Source: Squalus acanthias (Eukaryota). From it: a stretch of 64,000 nt of DNA. The stretch is from positions 248,001 to 312,000 of the forward strand of contig JASTWF010000351.1 of assembly GCA_030390025.1 (NCBI GenBank), in the 5' to 3' direction. A program made the translations under genes and the position numbers. The first letter of the stretch is position 1. Each line of letters begins with the position of its first letter. Positions 1 to 12,315 of the stretch are shown in pieces. Under the pieces are notes generated by a model. It had not been told where the DNA came from. It made no database searches and saw only the letters and a program-made list of their open reading frames with translations.

Positions 1-2370
1 ATCCAATTAGAGGGTGAGAAGGTTGGTTCTCAAACAAGCATACTGAGCTTGAATAAAGGAGACTATGATGGCATGAGAGCAGAATTGATTAAAGTGGACT
101 GGGAAAATAGATTAAAGGGCAAGACGGTACATGAGCAGTGGTGTTCATTCAAGGAGTTATTTTACAACTTTCAAAATAAATATATTCCACTGAGGAAAAA
201 AGGGTGTAAAAGAAATGACAGCCATCCATGGCTAAGTAAAGAAATTAAAGAAAGTATCCAACTAAAAACAAGGACATATAAGGTAGCCAAAGTTAGTGGG
301 AGGATAGAAGATTGGGAAGTCTTCAAAAGACAACAAAAAGTAACTAAAGGATTGATTAAGAAAGGGAAAATAGACTATGAAAATGAATTAGCAAAAAATA
401 TAAAAACAGATAGCAAGAGTTTCTATAGTTATATAAAAAGAAAAAGGGTGGTTAAGGCAAACGTAGGTCCCTTAGTGGATGAGACCGGGAAATTAATGGT
501 GGGAAACATGGAGATGGCAAAAATGCTGAACAAATATTTTGTTTCAGTCTTTACGGTAGAGGACACTAAGAATATCCCAACACTGGACAAACAGGTGGCT
601 CTAGTGGAGGAGGAGCTAAATACGATTAAAATCACTAAGGAATTGGTACTCAGTAAAATAATGGAACTCAAGGCGGATAAATCCCCTGGACCTGATGGCT
701 TACATCCTAGGGTCTTGAGGGAAGTGGCAGTAGGAATTGTGGATGCTTTGGTAATAATTTTCCAAAACTCCCTGAACTCAGCAAAGTCCCAGCAGATTGG
801 AAAACTGCTAATGTAACACCCTTATTTAAAAAGGGTTGTAGGCAGAAGGCTGGAAATTATAGACCAGTTAGCCTAACATCTGTGGTGGGTAAAATTTTGG
901 AGTCTATTATTAAGGAGACAGTAACGGAACATTTAGATAAACATAATTTAATAGGACAAAGTCAGCATGGCTTTATGAAGGGGAAGTCATGTCTGACAAA
1001 TTTGCTCGAGTTCTTTGAGGACATAACGTACAGGGTGGATAAAGGGGAACCAGTGGATGTAGTGTATTTAGACTTCCAGAAGGCATTCGACAAGGTGCCA
1101 CATAAAAGATTATTACTCAAGATAAAAAATCACTGGATTGGGGGTAATATTCTGGCATGGGTGGAGGATTGGTTATCTAACAGGAAGCAGAGAGTTGGGA
1201 TAAATGGTTCATTCTCGGACTGGCAACCAGTAGCCAGTGGTATTCCGCAGGGGTCGGTGCTGGGTCCCCAACTCTTTACAATCTATATTAACGATTTGGA
1301 GGAGGGGACCGAGTGTAACATATCAAAGTTTGCAGATGATACAAAGATGGGAGGGAAAGTAGTGAGTGAGGAGGACATAAAAAACCTACAAGGGGATATA
1401 GACAGGCTGGGTGAGTGGGCAGAGATTTGGCAGATGCAATACAATATTGGAAAATTTGAGGTTATGCACTTTGGCAGGAAAAATCAGAGAGCAAGTTATT
1501 ATCTTAATGGCGAGAAACTGGAAAGTACTGCAGTACAAAGGGATCTGGGGGTCTTGGTGCAAGAAAATCAAAAAGTTAGTATGCAGGTGCAGCAGGTGAT
1601 CAAGAAAGCCAATGGAATGTTGGCTTTTATTGCTAGGGGGATAGAATATAAAAACAGGGAGGTATTGCTGCAGTTGTATAGGGTATTGGTGAGACCTGCA
1701 CCTGGAGTACTGCATACAGTTTTGGTGTCCATACTTAAGAAAAGACATACTTGCTCTCGAGGCAGTACAAAGAAGGTTCACTCGGTTAATTCCGGGGATG
1801 AGGGGGTGGACATACGAGGAAAGGTTGAGTAGATTGGGACTCTACTCATTGGAGTTCAGAAGAATGAGAGGCGATCTTATTGAAACATATAAGATTGTGA
1901 AGGGGCTTGATCGGGTGGACGCGGTGAGGATGTTCCCAATGATGGGTGAAACTAGAACTAGGGGACATAATCTTAGAATAAGGGGCTGCTCTTTCAAAAC
2001 TGAGATGAGGAGAAACTTTTTCACTCAGAGGGTAGTGGGTCTGTGGAATTTGCTACCCGAGGAAGCTGTGGAAGCTACTTCATTAAATAAATTTAAAACA
2101 GAAATAGACCGTTTCCTAGAAGTAAAGGGAATCAGGGGTTACGGGGAGCGGGCTGGAAATTGGACATGAGTTTGAGTTCGGATCGGTCAAGGCCCTGTGG
2201 GTGGCGGAGCGGGCCCAGGGGCCGAGTGGCCTGGTCCTGCTCCTACTTCTTGTGTTCTTTAGAGTTGAGGTTGGATCAGATCAGCCATGATCTCATTGAA
2301 TGGTGGAGCAGGCTCGAGGTGCCGATTGGTCTACTCCTGCTCCTATTTCTTATGTTCTTATGTTCTTATG
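1..2370 (+). mobile_element. CR1-clade LINE: ORF2 (linker + RT) with two frameshifts, 3' UTR and (TTCTTATG)n tail; runs off the window start
   Basis: ORFs 49-816, 882-1832 and 1798-2169 join into a CR1 ORF2 ([36 protein letters not shown]). Frameshifts at ~786 and ~1697. Tail at ~2347-2370. Confidence 0.95.
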
Positions 2371-3694
2371 TGATGGTGAGTTTTACACTGCATCAATCAG
2401 TGTATGGTTTGTGAATGGGGGTTCTATTCTGTATCCATCGATCTCTGGTGTGCTAGTACTGGTTTTACTCTGTACCAATCAGTTTCTGATACATGAGTGT
2501 AGGTTTTCCTTTCTACCTGTCAATTTCCGCTAGCAAAGAAAGGGTTTACTCTGAATCTGTAATTTTCTGGTAATGAGTGTGGGTTTTCGTCTTTATCTGT
2601 CAGTGTCTGCTATGTGAGTGTCTTTTTCACTATCTTCTTTTTCTGCTATGCAAAGGTGTGTTTTATTATTTAGCTTTCAGTTTCTGGTATCTGAGTGTGC
2701 GTTTTTCTTTGTACCTGTCAGTGTCTGGTTTGTGAGGATCGGATTTATTCTGTACATTTTGGTTTCTTGAATGTGCGAGTGGGTTGTATTCTGTACTTTT
2801 TAGTTTTTGTTGTATGTGTGGATTTGAATTAGTACCTGTTAGTTTCTGGGATGTGATTGTGAGTTTTACTCTGTATCTGTTAGTCTCTGGTCTGTGAATG
2901 TGGGACTTACTGTGTATCTCTCAGTCTTTGGTGTGTGAGTGAGCATTTTATTCTGTATCTGTCTGTCTCTGGGATGTGAGTGTGGGTTTTACTCTGTAAA
3001 TGTTATACTCTGGGATGTGTGTGTGTTTTACTCTGTATATGTCATAATCTGGGAAGTGAGTGTGGGTTTTACTCTATATCTGTCATATTCTGAGATGTGT
3101 GTGCGGGTTTTACTCTGTATCTGTCATACTCTGGGAAGTGAGTGTGGGTTTTACTCTATATCTGTCATATTCTTGGATGTGTGTGCGGGTTTTACTCTGT
3201 ATCTGTTAGTCTTTGGTGTGCGCGGGTGGGTTTCACTCTATATCTGTCAGTTTCTGGTTTCAGAGTACCAGGTTTTAATCTTTACCTGTTAGTTTCTGGC
3301 ATGGAAGAGTGGGTGGTCATTCTGTACCTGACAGTCTCTGGTGTGTGAGTGTGGCTTTATTCTGTATCTGTGAGGCTCGAGGGGCCGTTTGGCCTACTCC
3401 TGCTTCTAATTCTTATATATCTGGGATGTGAGTGTGGGTTTTTGACTGTAATATTCAGTTTCTGCCACGTGTGTTAGTTTTACTCTGTACCTCTCTGTCT
3501 CTGAGATGTGAGTGTGGGTTTTTCTTTGTACCATTCAGTGTCTGGTCTGTGAATATGGGCTTTATTTTGTACATGTAGTTCCTGGTATGTGTGGGTTGGT
3601 TGTATTATGTATCTGTCAGTATCTGTTATATGATTGAGGATTTTACTCTGTCCCTGACATTCTCTGGTGTGAAGTGTGGGTTTTCCTCTGTCCC

Positions 3695-4410
3695 TATTCA
3701 GAGGGATTTGAGTGTCCTTTTACACGAATCGCAGAAAGTTAACATGCAGCTACTATAATCAATTAGGAAGGTAAATGGTAGGTTAGCCTTTATTGCAAAA
3801 GGGTTACAGTAAATTATAAGTATGTGTTGCTGCAATTATATAGGCCTTTTGTTATACCATAACTGGAGCACTTTGCACATTTTGGTCTGCTTATCTAAGG
3901 CAGGATATACATGCTTTAGAGGTGGTGCATCAAATGTTCACGAGATTGATTCCTGGGATGAGAGGGCTGTCCTATAAGTATAATGGGCATATATTCTCTG
4001 GAGTTTAGAAGAATGAGAGGTGATCTCATTGAAACATTTCAAATTCTTAGCGGGCTTGACAGGGGGTGATGCTGCGAGGCCGTTTCCCCTGGCAGGAGAC
4101 TCTAGAACTAGGGGTCATAGTCTCACGATAAGGCGTCGGCCAATTAGAACTGAGATGATGAGAAATATATCCACTCAGAGGGTGGTGAATCTTTGGAATT
4201 CTCTACTGCATAGGGCTGTAGATGCACAGTTAATGAGTGTATTCAAGACTGAGATCGATAGATTTTTGGGCACTATGGGAATCAAGGGATATAGGGATAC
4301 GGTGGGAAATTGAAGTTGTGGTAGAAGATCAGCCAAGATCTTATTGAATGGCGGGGCAAGCTTGAGGGGCTTTATAAACAATTCCTGCTACTATTTCATA
4401 TCGACTTATA
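3695..4410 (+). mobile_element. Old decayed CR1 3' fragment (paralogues at ~31015-31740 and ~49360-50080)
   Basis: Translates to SRTRGHSL...QRVVNLWNSL...FKTEIDRFL followed by the CR1 3' UTR, with many stops. Confidence 0.85.
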
Positions 4411-4544
4411 GCTGACAATCTCTTGGATGTGAGTGTGGATTTTATTCTGTGTCTGTCAGTCTCTGGAATGTGAGTGATGTTTTATTTCACTATGTTCATA
4501 TTCTGGTATGCAAATCTTGGATTTGTTATGCACCTGTGATCTTC

Positions 4545-4930
4545 TGGTATATGAGTGTGAGTTTCACTCTGTATCTGACAGTGTCTGGTATGTGAGTGTG
4601 AGTTTCACTCTGTATCTGACAGTGTCTGGTATGTGAGTGTGAGTTTCACTCTGTATCTGACAGTGTCTGGTATGTGAGTGTGAGTTTCACTCTGTATCTG
4701 ACAGTGTCTGTTATGTGAGTGTGAGTTTCACTCTGTATCTGACAGTGTCTGGTATGTGAGTGTGAGTTTCACTCTGTATCTGACAGAGTCTGGTATGTGA
4801 GTGTAAGTTTCACTCTGTATCTGACAGTCTCTGGTATGTTTGTGTGAGTTTCACTCTGTACCTGACAGTCTCTGGTATGAGAGTGTGAGTTTCACTCTGT
4901 ATCTGACAGTCTCTGGTATGTGAGTGTGGG
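4545..4930 (+). repeat. Homogeneous 41-bp tandem array (~9 units)
   Basis: GTTTCACTCTGTATCTGACAGTGTCTGGTATGTGAGTGTGA recurs at 4561, 4602 and onward. Confidence 0.95.
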
Positions 4931-6213
4931 TTTTTTGCTGTACCTGTCAATTTGTTGTAAGAGTAAGAATTTTATTCAGTACCTGACAGTTTCTGGGTTG
5001 TGAGTGTGGAATTTAGTCTGCCTCTGTACTTCACTGGTTTTTGAGTAAAGGCATTAACCTGTATCTTTTATTCTCTGATGCCTGAGTTCTGATTTCCTCT
5101 TTATCGTTCAGAGTCTGGAATGTGAGTGTGGGCTTTACTCTGTACCTGTCAGTCTCTGGGATGTTATTCTGTATCTGTCAGCTTCTGGTGTGCGAGTGTG
5201 GATTTCACTCTGTACCTTTCTGCCTCTTGTATGTGAGTGTGGTGTTAACTCTGTAAATTTCTGCTTCTAGTATGTGAGTGGGGATTCACCCTGTACTTGT
5301 CACTCTCTGGGATGTGAGTGCGAGTTTCATTCTTTTTCTGTCAGTCTCTTTTAAGTGAGTGTTGATTTTATCTATAACTGTCTACCTGGTATATGAGTAT
5401 TGGTTTTACTCTATAGCTATCGGTCTCTAGGATGTGTGTTTGGATTTTATTTTTACTCAGTTCCTAGTATATGGATGTAGTGTTTTGTCTGTAGCTGTCA
5501 GTTTCTGGTTTGATTGTGGATTTTACTTTGTACCTGTCTGTCTCTGCTTTGTGTGTGTGGGCTTTATTCTGTAGCTGTCAGTTTCTGCTACTGTGTGTGA
5601 GTGTGGGATTGATTCTTTACCTGTTAAACTGGTAATGTGCGTGAGTGTGAGAATTATTATATAATTGACAGTCTCTTGTACTTTTCTATTCTTGCTCTGT
5701 GTGATTGGTGGTATCCATTCCTACTCCACCTTGTGTAGGCCAATGCTCGTTTGAGAATATCTGTGACTGTCTCAGGAGAAGGTTTGGTTCAGTCCATCAC
5801 CTCCGATTTTCTGGTCTTGTATGTTAGTTGTTGGGTTTGATAGTCCGTGTACAGCCGGCAGCAGCTATTGACTCCATATCACTGTCTATCTTTTCGTATG
5901 TGTGAGTAAGAGAGTGAAAATGGATCTGCCTGTCAGTGCATTATGTTTGGACTTTGAAATCACATCTTATTCTACTGCTGCAAGTGACAGTGAGATTCAT
6001 AATGTAACTCTGGGATTCTGATCACTGTGAGACTGACTGCTTCTGCTGCCGGTGATAATGGGATTGAGGCCAGTTATGTGTCTCTGCGCTCAGTGAGTGA
6101 TAATGTACTTACTGTGTGTGGGAAGGAGCTGTCTGCACTGTTCCTTGTGTCCCGGGTGGAGGAAAGATCACATTTATTCTGGCTCGTTGAAATATTTTGC
6201 TATGAGAATACTA

Positions 6214-6448
6214 ATAGAAACATAGAAACATAGAAGATAGCAGCAGGAGTAGGCCATTCTGCCCCTCGAGCCTGTTCCGCCATTTAATGAAATCATGGCT
6301 GATCATCCAAATTCAGTACCCTGTCCCTGCTTTCTCCCCATATCCCTTGATCCCTTTAGCATGAAGAAATATATCTAACTCCTTCTTGAATATATTTAAT
6401 AAATTGGCCTCAACTGCCTTGTGTGGTAGAGAATTCCTCAGGTTCACC
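6214..6448 (-). mobile_element. Short 5'-truncated CR1 3' end with (TTTCTATG)n tail
   Basis: Reverse complement of a CR1 ORF2 end and 3' UTR; absent from the paralogous site at ~32975. Confidence 0.9.
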
Positions 6449-7547
6449 ATACGAGAACAATATTAGTTATAAGAGAACAACAGGTTCCGGGAGAAGATAA
6501 AAATAAAGTTATAATTAATGTGTTTGTTTATAATAAAGTAAAGTATCTGGAGAGGGGAAACCGCGATACAATCAGTGCCATTGTCTGACCTCACTATAGT
6601 ACAGCGGCACTCAGATTCTCCACACTAGGTGTGTAGGACCGTTCTATAGTATGTTATCAGCATCCAGACACAACCCAAACCCAGCACTGCACCATGAATG
6701 GGACCATCCGATTGCACAGTCCAGGGTTTAATCACCCATTCCAATGGGACTACCTGTAAAATTCAGAATTGCTTCCTGGAATATAACCACAGGTACCTGG
6801 GCTGTACAAACAATTGTTTTCAGTCTATTGAAACCGAGTTAAGGGCCAGTGTAGTTAACAGAATTTCACAGAGCCCGAATTCTGATGTATCTGAGAGAGC
6901 GACAATCTCTCGATCACCAGCAGCACGGTTCTGGAGAACTCAACGGATCGAAAGTAAATAAGCGATTTTTGAAATGTGTTCTTGCACAATTCTCTCCTGC
7001 TGCCTGCAATAGATGCACTTTGTGAAACTGCCCATATCCTCACTGTCAGGCTGTGTTTCCACTGTCACTGTCCAACAACAACAGACACGGTGTGATTGGA
7101 ACTGAATCAGGAACATCCAATACTGATTTGTGGAAAGAAAGCAGCAATGATTTGGAAGAGCGAGGTGATTTACTTTCTGTTACCTTACACTGTACACACA
7201 CAGCCCGAGAATGGCCTCTCCCTTCGCCCACTCATTCCATGTTCCGGAACAAGTTCCTGTTCCACTTTGCCTCTAAAAAACAGCTCCCGACTGTCGCTGA
7301 ACTTACCCCGACTCAAAGGCCTTATGTGGACAGAGTCCCAATGCGATGTGCTGCTCTTAGGAGGCTGCTGTTTGCTCCCCGTGATATCTCCCCTCCCTGA
7401 TGTGTTCAACGATCATCAGCCGAGCAGAGAGGAAACGGCACCAGCTGGCAGAGCTGGGGGAGGGGGTCTCGCATGTGCCCTTCCTGTCGGTTTAAACACT
7501 GTGCCGGGAGAGGGGGAGGAGCAGGCAAATATTTCAAAGCTGACCGG

Positions 7548-9098
7548 TTATAGACCGGTTAGCCTAACATCTGTGGTAGGTAAAATTTTGGAGTCCATTA
7601 TTAAGGAAACAGTAACAGGACATTTGGATAATCATAATTTAATAGGACAAAGTCAGCATGGTTTTACGAAGGGGAAGTCATGTTTGACAAATTTGCTGGA
7701 GTTCTTTGAGGAAGTAACATATAGAGTGGATAAAGGGGAACCAGTGGACGTAGTGTATTTAGACTTCCAAAAGGCATTTGACAAGGTGCCACACAAAAGA
7801 TTATTGCTTAAGGTAAAATATCACGGGATTGGGGGTAATATTCTGGCATGGATAGAGGATTGGCTATCTAACAGAAAGCAAAGAGTTGGGATAAATGGTT
7901 CATTCTCAGACTGGCAATCAGTAACTAGTGGTGTTCCACAGGGGTCAGTGCTGGGTCCCCAACTCTTCACAATCTATATTAACGATTTGGAGGAAGGGAC
8001 CAAGTGTAACATATCAAAATTTGCAGATGATACAAAGATGGGAGGGAAAGTAGTGAGTGAGGAGGACATAAAAAACCTGCAAGGGGACATAGACAGGCTA
8101 AGTAAGTGGGCAGAGATTTGGCAGATGGAATACAACACTGGAAAGTGTGAGGTGATGCACTTTGGCAGGAAAAATCCTAGAGCAATTCATTATCTTAATG
8201 GCAAGAAACTGGAGAGTACTGAAGTGCAAAGGGATCTGGGGGTCCTGGTGCACGAAACTCAAAAGGTTAGTATGCAGGTGCAGCAAGTGATTAAGAAGGC
8301 AAATGGAATGTTGGCTTTCATTGCTAGGGGGATAGAATATAAAAATAGGGAGGTATTGCTTCAGTTGTACAAGGTATTGGTGAGACCGCACCTGGAATAC
8401 TGCATACAGTTTTGGTGTCCTTACTTAAGGAAAGACATCCTTGCTCTCGAGGCAGTGCAAAAAAGGTTCACTCGGTTAATCCCGGGGATGAGGGGGTGGT
8501 CATATGAGGAGAGGTTGGGTAGATTGGGACTCTACTCATTGGAGTTCAGAAGAATGAGAGGCGATCTTATTGAAACATATAAGATTGTGAAGGGGTTGGA
8601 TCGGGTGGATGCGGGGAGGATGTTCCCGATGACGGATGAGACGAGAACTAGGGGACATAGTCTTAGAATAAGGGGCTGCTCTTTCAAAACTGAGATGAGG
8701 AGGAACTACTTCACTCAGAGGGTGGTAGGTCCATGGAATATGCTGCCACAAAAAGCTGTAGAAGCTACAACATTAATTAAATTTAAAACAGAAATAGACA
8801 GTTTCCTAGAAGTAAAGGGCATTAAGGGTTACGGGGAGCGGGCAGGAATTTGGACATGAGTCTAGGTTCGGATCGGTCATGGCCCTGTGGGTAGTGGAGC
8901 GGGCCCAGGGACTGTGTAGCCTGATTCTGCTCCTATTTACTGTGTGCAATTCTGTTAGATGCAGGAGATGGTTCTGTGATAGATAGTAGATTGGCGGTTA
9001 GGATCAGATCAGCCATGATCTTATTGAATGGCGGAGCAGGCTCGAGGGGCCGATTGGCCTACTCCTGCTCCTATTTCTTATGTTCTTATGTTCTTATG
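7548..9098 (+). mobile_element. 5'-truncated CR1 LINE with open RT frame to the stop at 8859 and (TTCTTATG)n tail
   Basis: From YRPVSLTS onward, ORF 7096-8859 is CR1 RT of the same family as 1-2370. Confidence 0.95.
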
Positions 9099-9280
9099 AA
9101 GCGTGAAAGCTGGAGGCGGAGCTGAAGGTCAGAGGACGCTGTCTCCGCTCTGCCTCTCACTCTGACCCTGTCTCCTCCGAGCCTCTCTCACACTCTGCCT
9201 TTCTCAACCAGGTTGATTTCATAAATTAATCTGGACGGCGAGAGTTTATTATTCCGTTTATATTCCTGTGAGGAATCGTC

Positions 9281-9420
9281 ATGCCTGGAAGAGATAAAGG
9301 AGGCAAAGGACTGGGAAAAGGCTGAACCGAGCGCCACAGTAAAGTGCTTAGTGACAACATCCAGGGCACAAAACAACGGCTCTTCTAAGCGCCACTCACC
9401 GCCTCACAGAGAGAGCAGCG
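9281..9420 (+). pseudogene. H4: Internally deleted histone H4 pseudogene
   Basis: ATG 9281 reads [28 protein letters not shown], then jumps to a stem-loop remnant GGCTCTTCTAAGCGCC (9378-9393) and a purine-rich downstream element. Upstream 9100-9280 resembles the H4 promoter at ~37885-38112. Confidence 0.88.
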
Positions 9421-10129
9421 CCCTGGAAACAGGAGCGGGGAAATATTGGGATGGGGAATAACTTCAGAATCATAAGGATTATGGGGTTACAAGTGACTCT
9501 TTGGCCCGGACCCTGTATTCTCCCCTCACAGTGAAATGCTCTTTTAGTCTTCCTGGGTGTCCATGTGCTCAGTGTTCTGTTTCCATTCAGCTTTTATATA
9601 TCAGACAGATGGTATGACGGGGATCCGGAGCTTTCCACGCCACAGTAGGTTAAGCCGAGCTGCTGTGACAAGAGGTCAACTTGTGATATTATTTTCCTGC
9701 TGAAGTTTGCTTCCTGCACTGATACTGTCAGGGATTATGAAATTGAAGGGTTTAAGTAAAGTCAATGGGGGAAAAATTAGGTCGCGCCCCATTTGGGGCG
9801 CAAATGTCGTCTGGACGCAAATATTGGCGCCTGGCGCTAGTTATCGCCACTGACTGGAAACTTCACTTTTACCGCCCCGGGAGGTGAGTGGAGCGCTAAA
9901 TCAGGCGCTGCACACCTGTCTTAAGGTGCAAAGGCCGAGCAGTGAGGCGCTAACTCAGCGCGCGAGCGCAGCGCAGGTGCTGCCAGTTAGCGAGGGAACA
10001 CAGACACACTTGCGCCGGCCAGTTCTTAAAGCGGGGGGGGGGGGGCAACTTGCTCCCCAGCCACACCCTACTAATTGCAGCCTTGAATCTCGGCCTGGAG
10101 AGACCTGTGAATCCATTTTGCTGCCAAGG

Positions 10130-12003
10130 ATGGAGAGGGTGAGAGAACGAGCTCAGCGCTTCACCGAGCGGGCCTTGGATGCTCTGGTTGGTGCGGTGGA
10201 GCGCAGAAGATGTATACTCTTCCCTGAGAGTGGCAGGAGGCCTTTGCCATGCGAGTACAGAAGAGTGTGGAGGGAGGTGGCTCAGAGCGTCTCCTCCAGG
10301 AGCATAGTGCCCAGGACCCATGTTCAATGCCGCAAAAAGTTCAACGACCTCACTCGGGTCGTCAGGGTGAGTGGCTTTTTCTCAATACCTCTCCATCCCT
10401 ACATCTCAACCTCACTCTATGGCCAGAGGGTCTTAAAACCCCAATGCACAACACTCATCCAACACCTATGGCCCTTTCATGAAACACACACACACATTCC
10501 ACACTTTGCATACAGTAAGGGCTATTCACCTATGGGAGGCACATCAGGCAAGACCATGGCTGCATACAGTAAGGGCTATTCACCTATGGGAGGCACATCA
10601 GGCAAAACCATGGCTGCATACAGTAAGGGCTATTCACCTATGGGAGGCACATCAGGCAAGACCATGGCTGTATATTTACTCAGATGCTGTCCTTTTTCTT
10701 GCAGGCCAAGCTGGCGCATAATAGGAGACAGCAGCAACGGACAGGTGGAGGGCGGCCTCAGCTGCAACCCCTCAGCGATCTTGAGGAGCGCGTCCACAGG
10801 ATTGTGGCAAGCCGGGTGATCGGTCCCGTCGCCACTGGAGTCGCCGACCCTGTTCTGGACAGCAATGGTAAGGTCATCACCTTTTTGTCCTCTGTCCTTC
10901 CACTTGTCCCTCACAACACCAGCCTTTGACACTTTCAATCCAACTTGCTAACTCGCTGCACTTATTCCTCCCTTACTGCCACCCTGTCCTCACGCTAAAG
11001 CCACTCTTGTACCTCCCTGCTTTCAGATGGTGATTCACCAGCTGAGGAGACGGGCCCTGAAGCTGCCAGTGGGAGTGAAGCTGCAGCCGAGGAGGAAGAG
11101 GAAGCCGGAGCATCAGTGCCACCCTCTCCCAAGGAAGCCCATGCCCACACTGGGAACACGCCTTCCCTGGAGGGGAGCAGGGGGGAAGGGTCTGATGAGG
11201 GTGAAGCTCCAGGACCCAGTGGGCTGCAGCAACGCCATGGGGGTAGGGAAGAACGGGGGCCTTCTCCCCAGAGGGAGAGTATGCCAGCGACTCCTACTGC
11301 AATGGACGCAGAGGAGAAGCGGCTGATCGCAGAAATGAACACCCAGGCGGTGGGCATGCACACTGAGCTCATGGGTGCAGTGGGAAGGGTGCCCGAATGC
11401 ATTGAGTCACTGACAAGGAGTGTGGAGCACTTCGCTGTAGCACAGGCGGATGCCACACTAATGCTTAGTGCTGCAATTCAGTCACTGACTGCCGTGATCC
11501 CATCTCTGACTGCTCTCATGCAGACTCAGATTGAGGCCACGTGAGCACTGACTGCTGCCAACCTCGATGGTTCGTTCACATGTCCCCGGGGCTCTCACCG
11601 CGCTGCAGCAGGCCAGCAATCTGTGCTCCAGCAGATTGCTCCGGATGCTGAAGTGCTGCCCCGTGGGAGTGCCAGTGTGTCGGGCGAGCAGGGAGTTGCT
11701 GTCCTCTCTCACGATGACAGCATTCCTGCTGCCAACACTGTCACTTCTCCACTGCACTTGCCACCGCCTGTAGGACAGACTGCTGCCGCCCATGCAGAGT
11801 TGGTGCAGTCTGCAGCCGGGCCCTCCAGGCCCAGAACTGGTCGAGGCCGTCCTTCAGGGGCTTCTGCAGTGTCAGGGTCTGACGATCAGCAGCCTTCCAC
11901 CAGCCTTGCTGCAGCCACTGAGGTCCCATTACGGAGGAGCAGTAGGGTTAGGAGGGGGGAAGTGCGCAAGGGAAGGAGATCACCCTCGAAGGGCAAAAAG
12001 TAG
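10130..12003 (+). CDS. Harbinger Myb/SANT-like DNA-binding protein; 3 predicted exons (10130-10366, 10705-10867, 11027-12003) with an in-frame TGA at 11542-11544
   Basis: RFTERALDALV...WREVA...QCRKKFNDL plus RTGGG motif. Donors GTGAGT (10367) and GTAAGG (10868), acceptors TTGCAG (10704) and TTTCAG (11026); phases are consistent. ORFs 11116 and 11623 share one frame. Confidence 0.8.
10507..10670 (+). repeat. Three tandem 54-bp copies in intron 1 of the Myb-like gene
   Basis: TGCATACAGTAAGGGCTATTCACCTATGGGAGGCACATCAGGCAAGACCATGGC starts at 10507, 10561 and 10615. Confidence 0.95.
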
Positions 12004-12315
12004 GAGGTGTGACAAAATGCTGGTCATTTTTTTATTAAAGGCCGAGGTTCGTGGTCCAACTTTTGTCTAGTGTTTTGGACATCATCTCCAGGTTGTCAGA
12101 ACCAGTTATGTTAATGACTGTTTTTTTGTGTTTATTTCTATGAGTTTGTCATGAGGAAATGACACACACAGAGTTTGTAAAATAAATAAGTTTTTGTATT
12201 CAAAATATACATGTTTGGTGTTTGGAATCATTGGTGCCTTGGCCAGCTTAGGGGTTGCGTGCTGGGTTCATTGATGTTGTTAGCAATGGCAGAAGCCATT
12301 TCCACAGCAGGGGCC

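Larger units (their letters stand above)
2371..5700 (+). repeat. Degenerate ~41-bp TG-rich satellite
   Basis: Recurrent unit close to GTGAGTGTGGGTTTTACTCTGTATCTGTCAGTCTCTGGTAT; interrupted by a decayed CR1 at ~3695-4410. Confidence 0.85.

Noticed and set aside
7096..7547. N-terminal 150 aa of the 587-aa ORF as a novel host-RT fusion protein
   Set aside because: It starts at a non-ATG codon, the region is flanking triplicated sequence whose paralogue (33620-34075) is not open in this frame, and the CR1 is simply 5'-truncated.
9760..9790. Exact Harbinger TIR and TWA TSD
   Set aside because: Only about 8/11 match to the right end and the flanking trinucleotides differ, so boundaries are left approximate.
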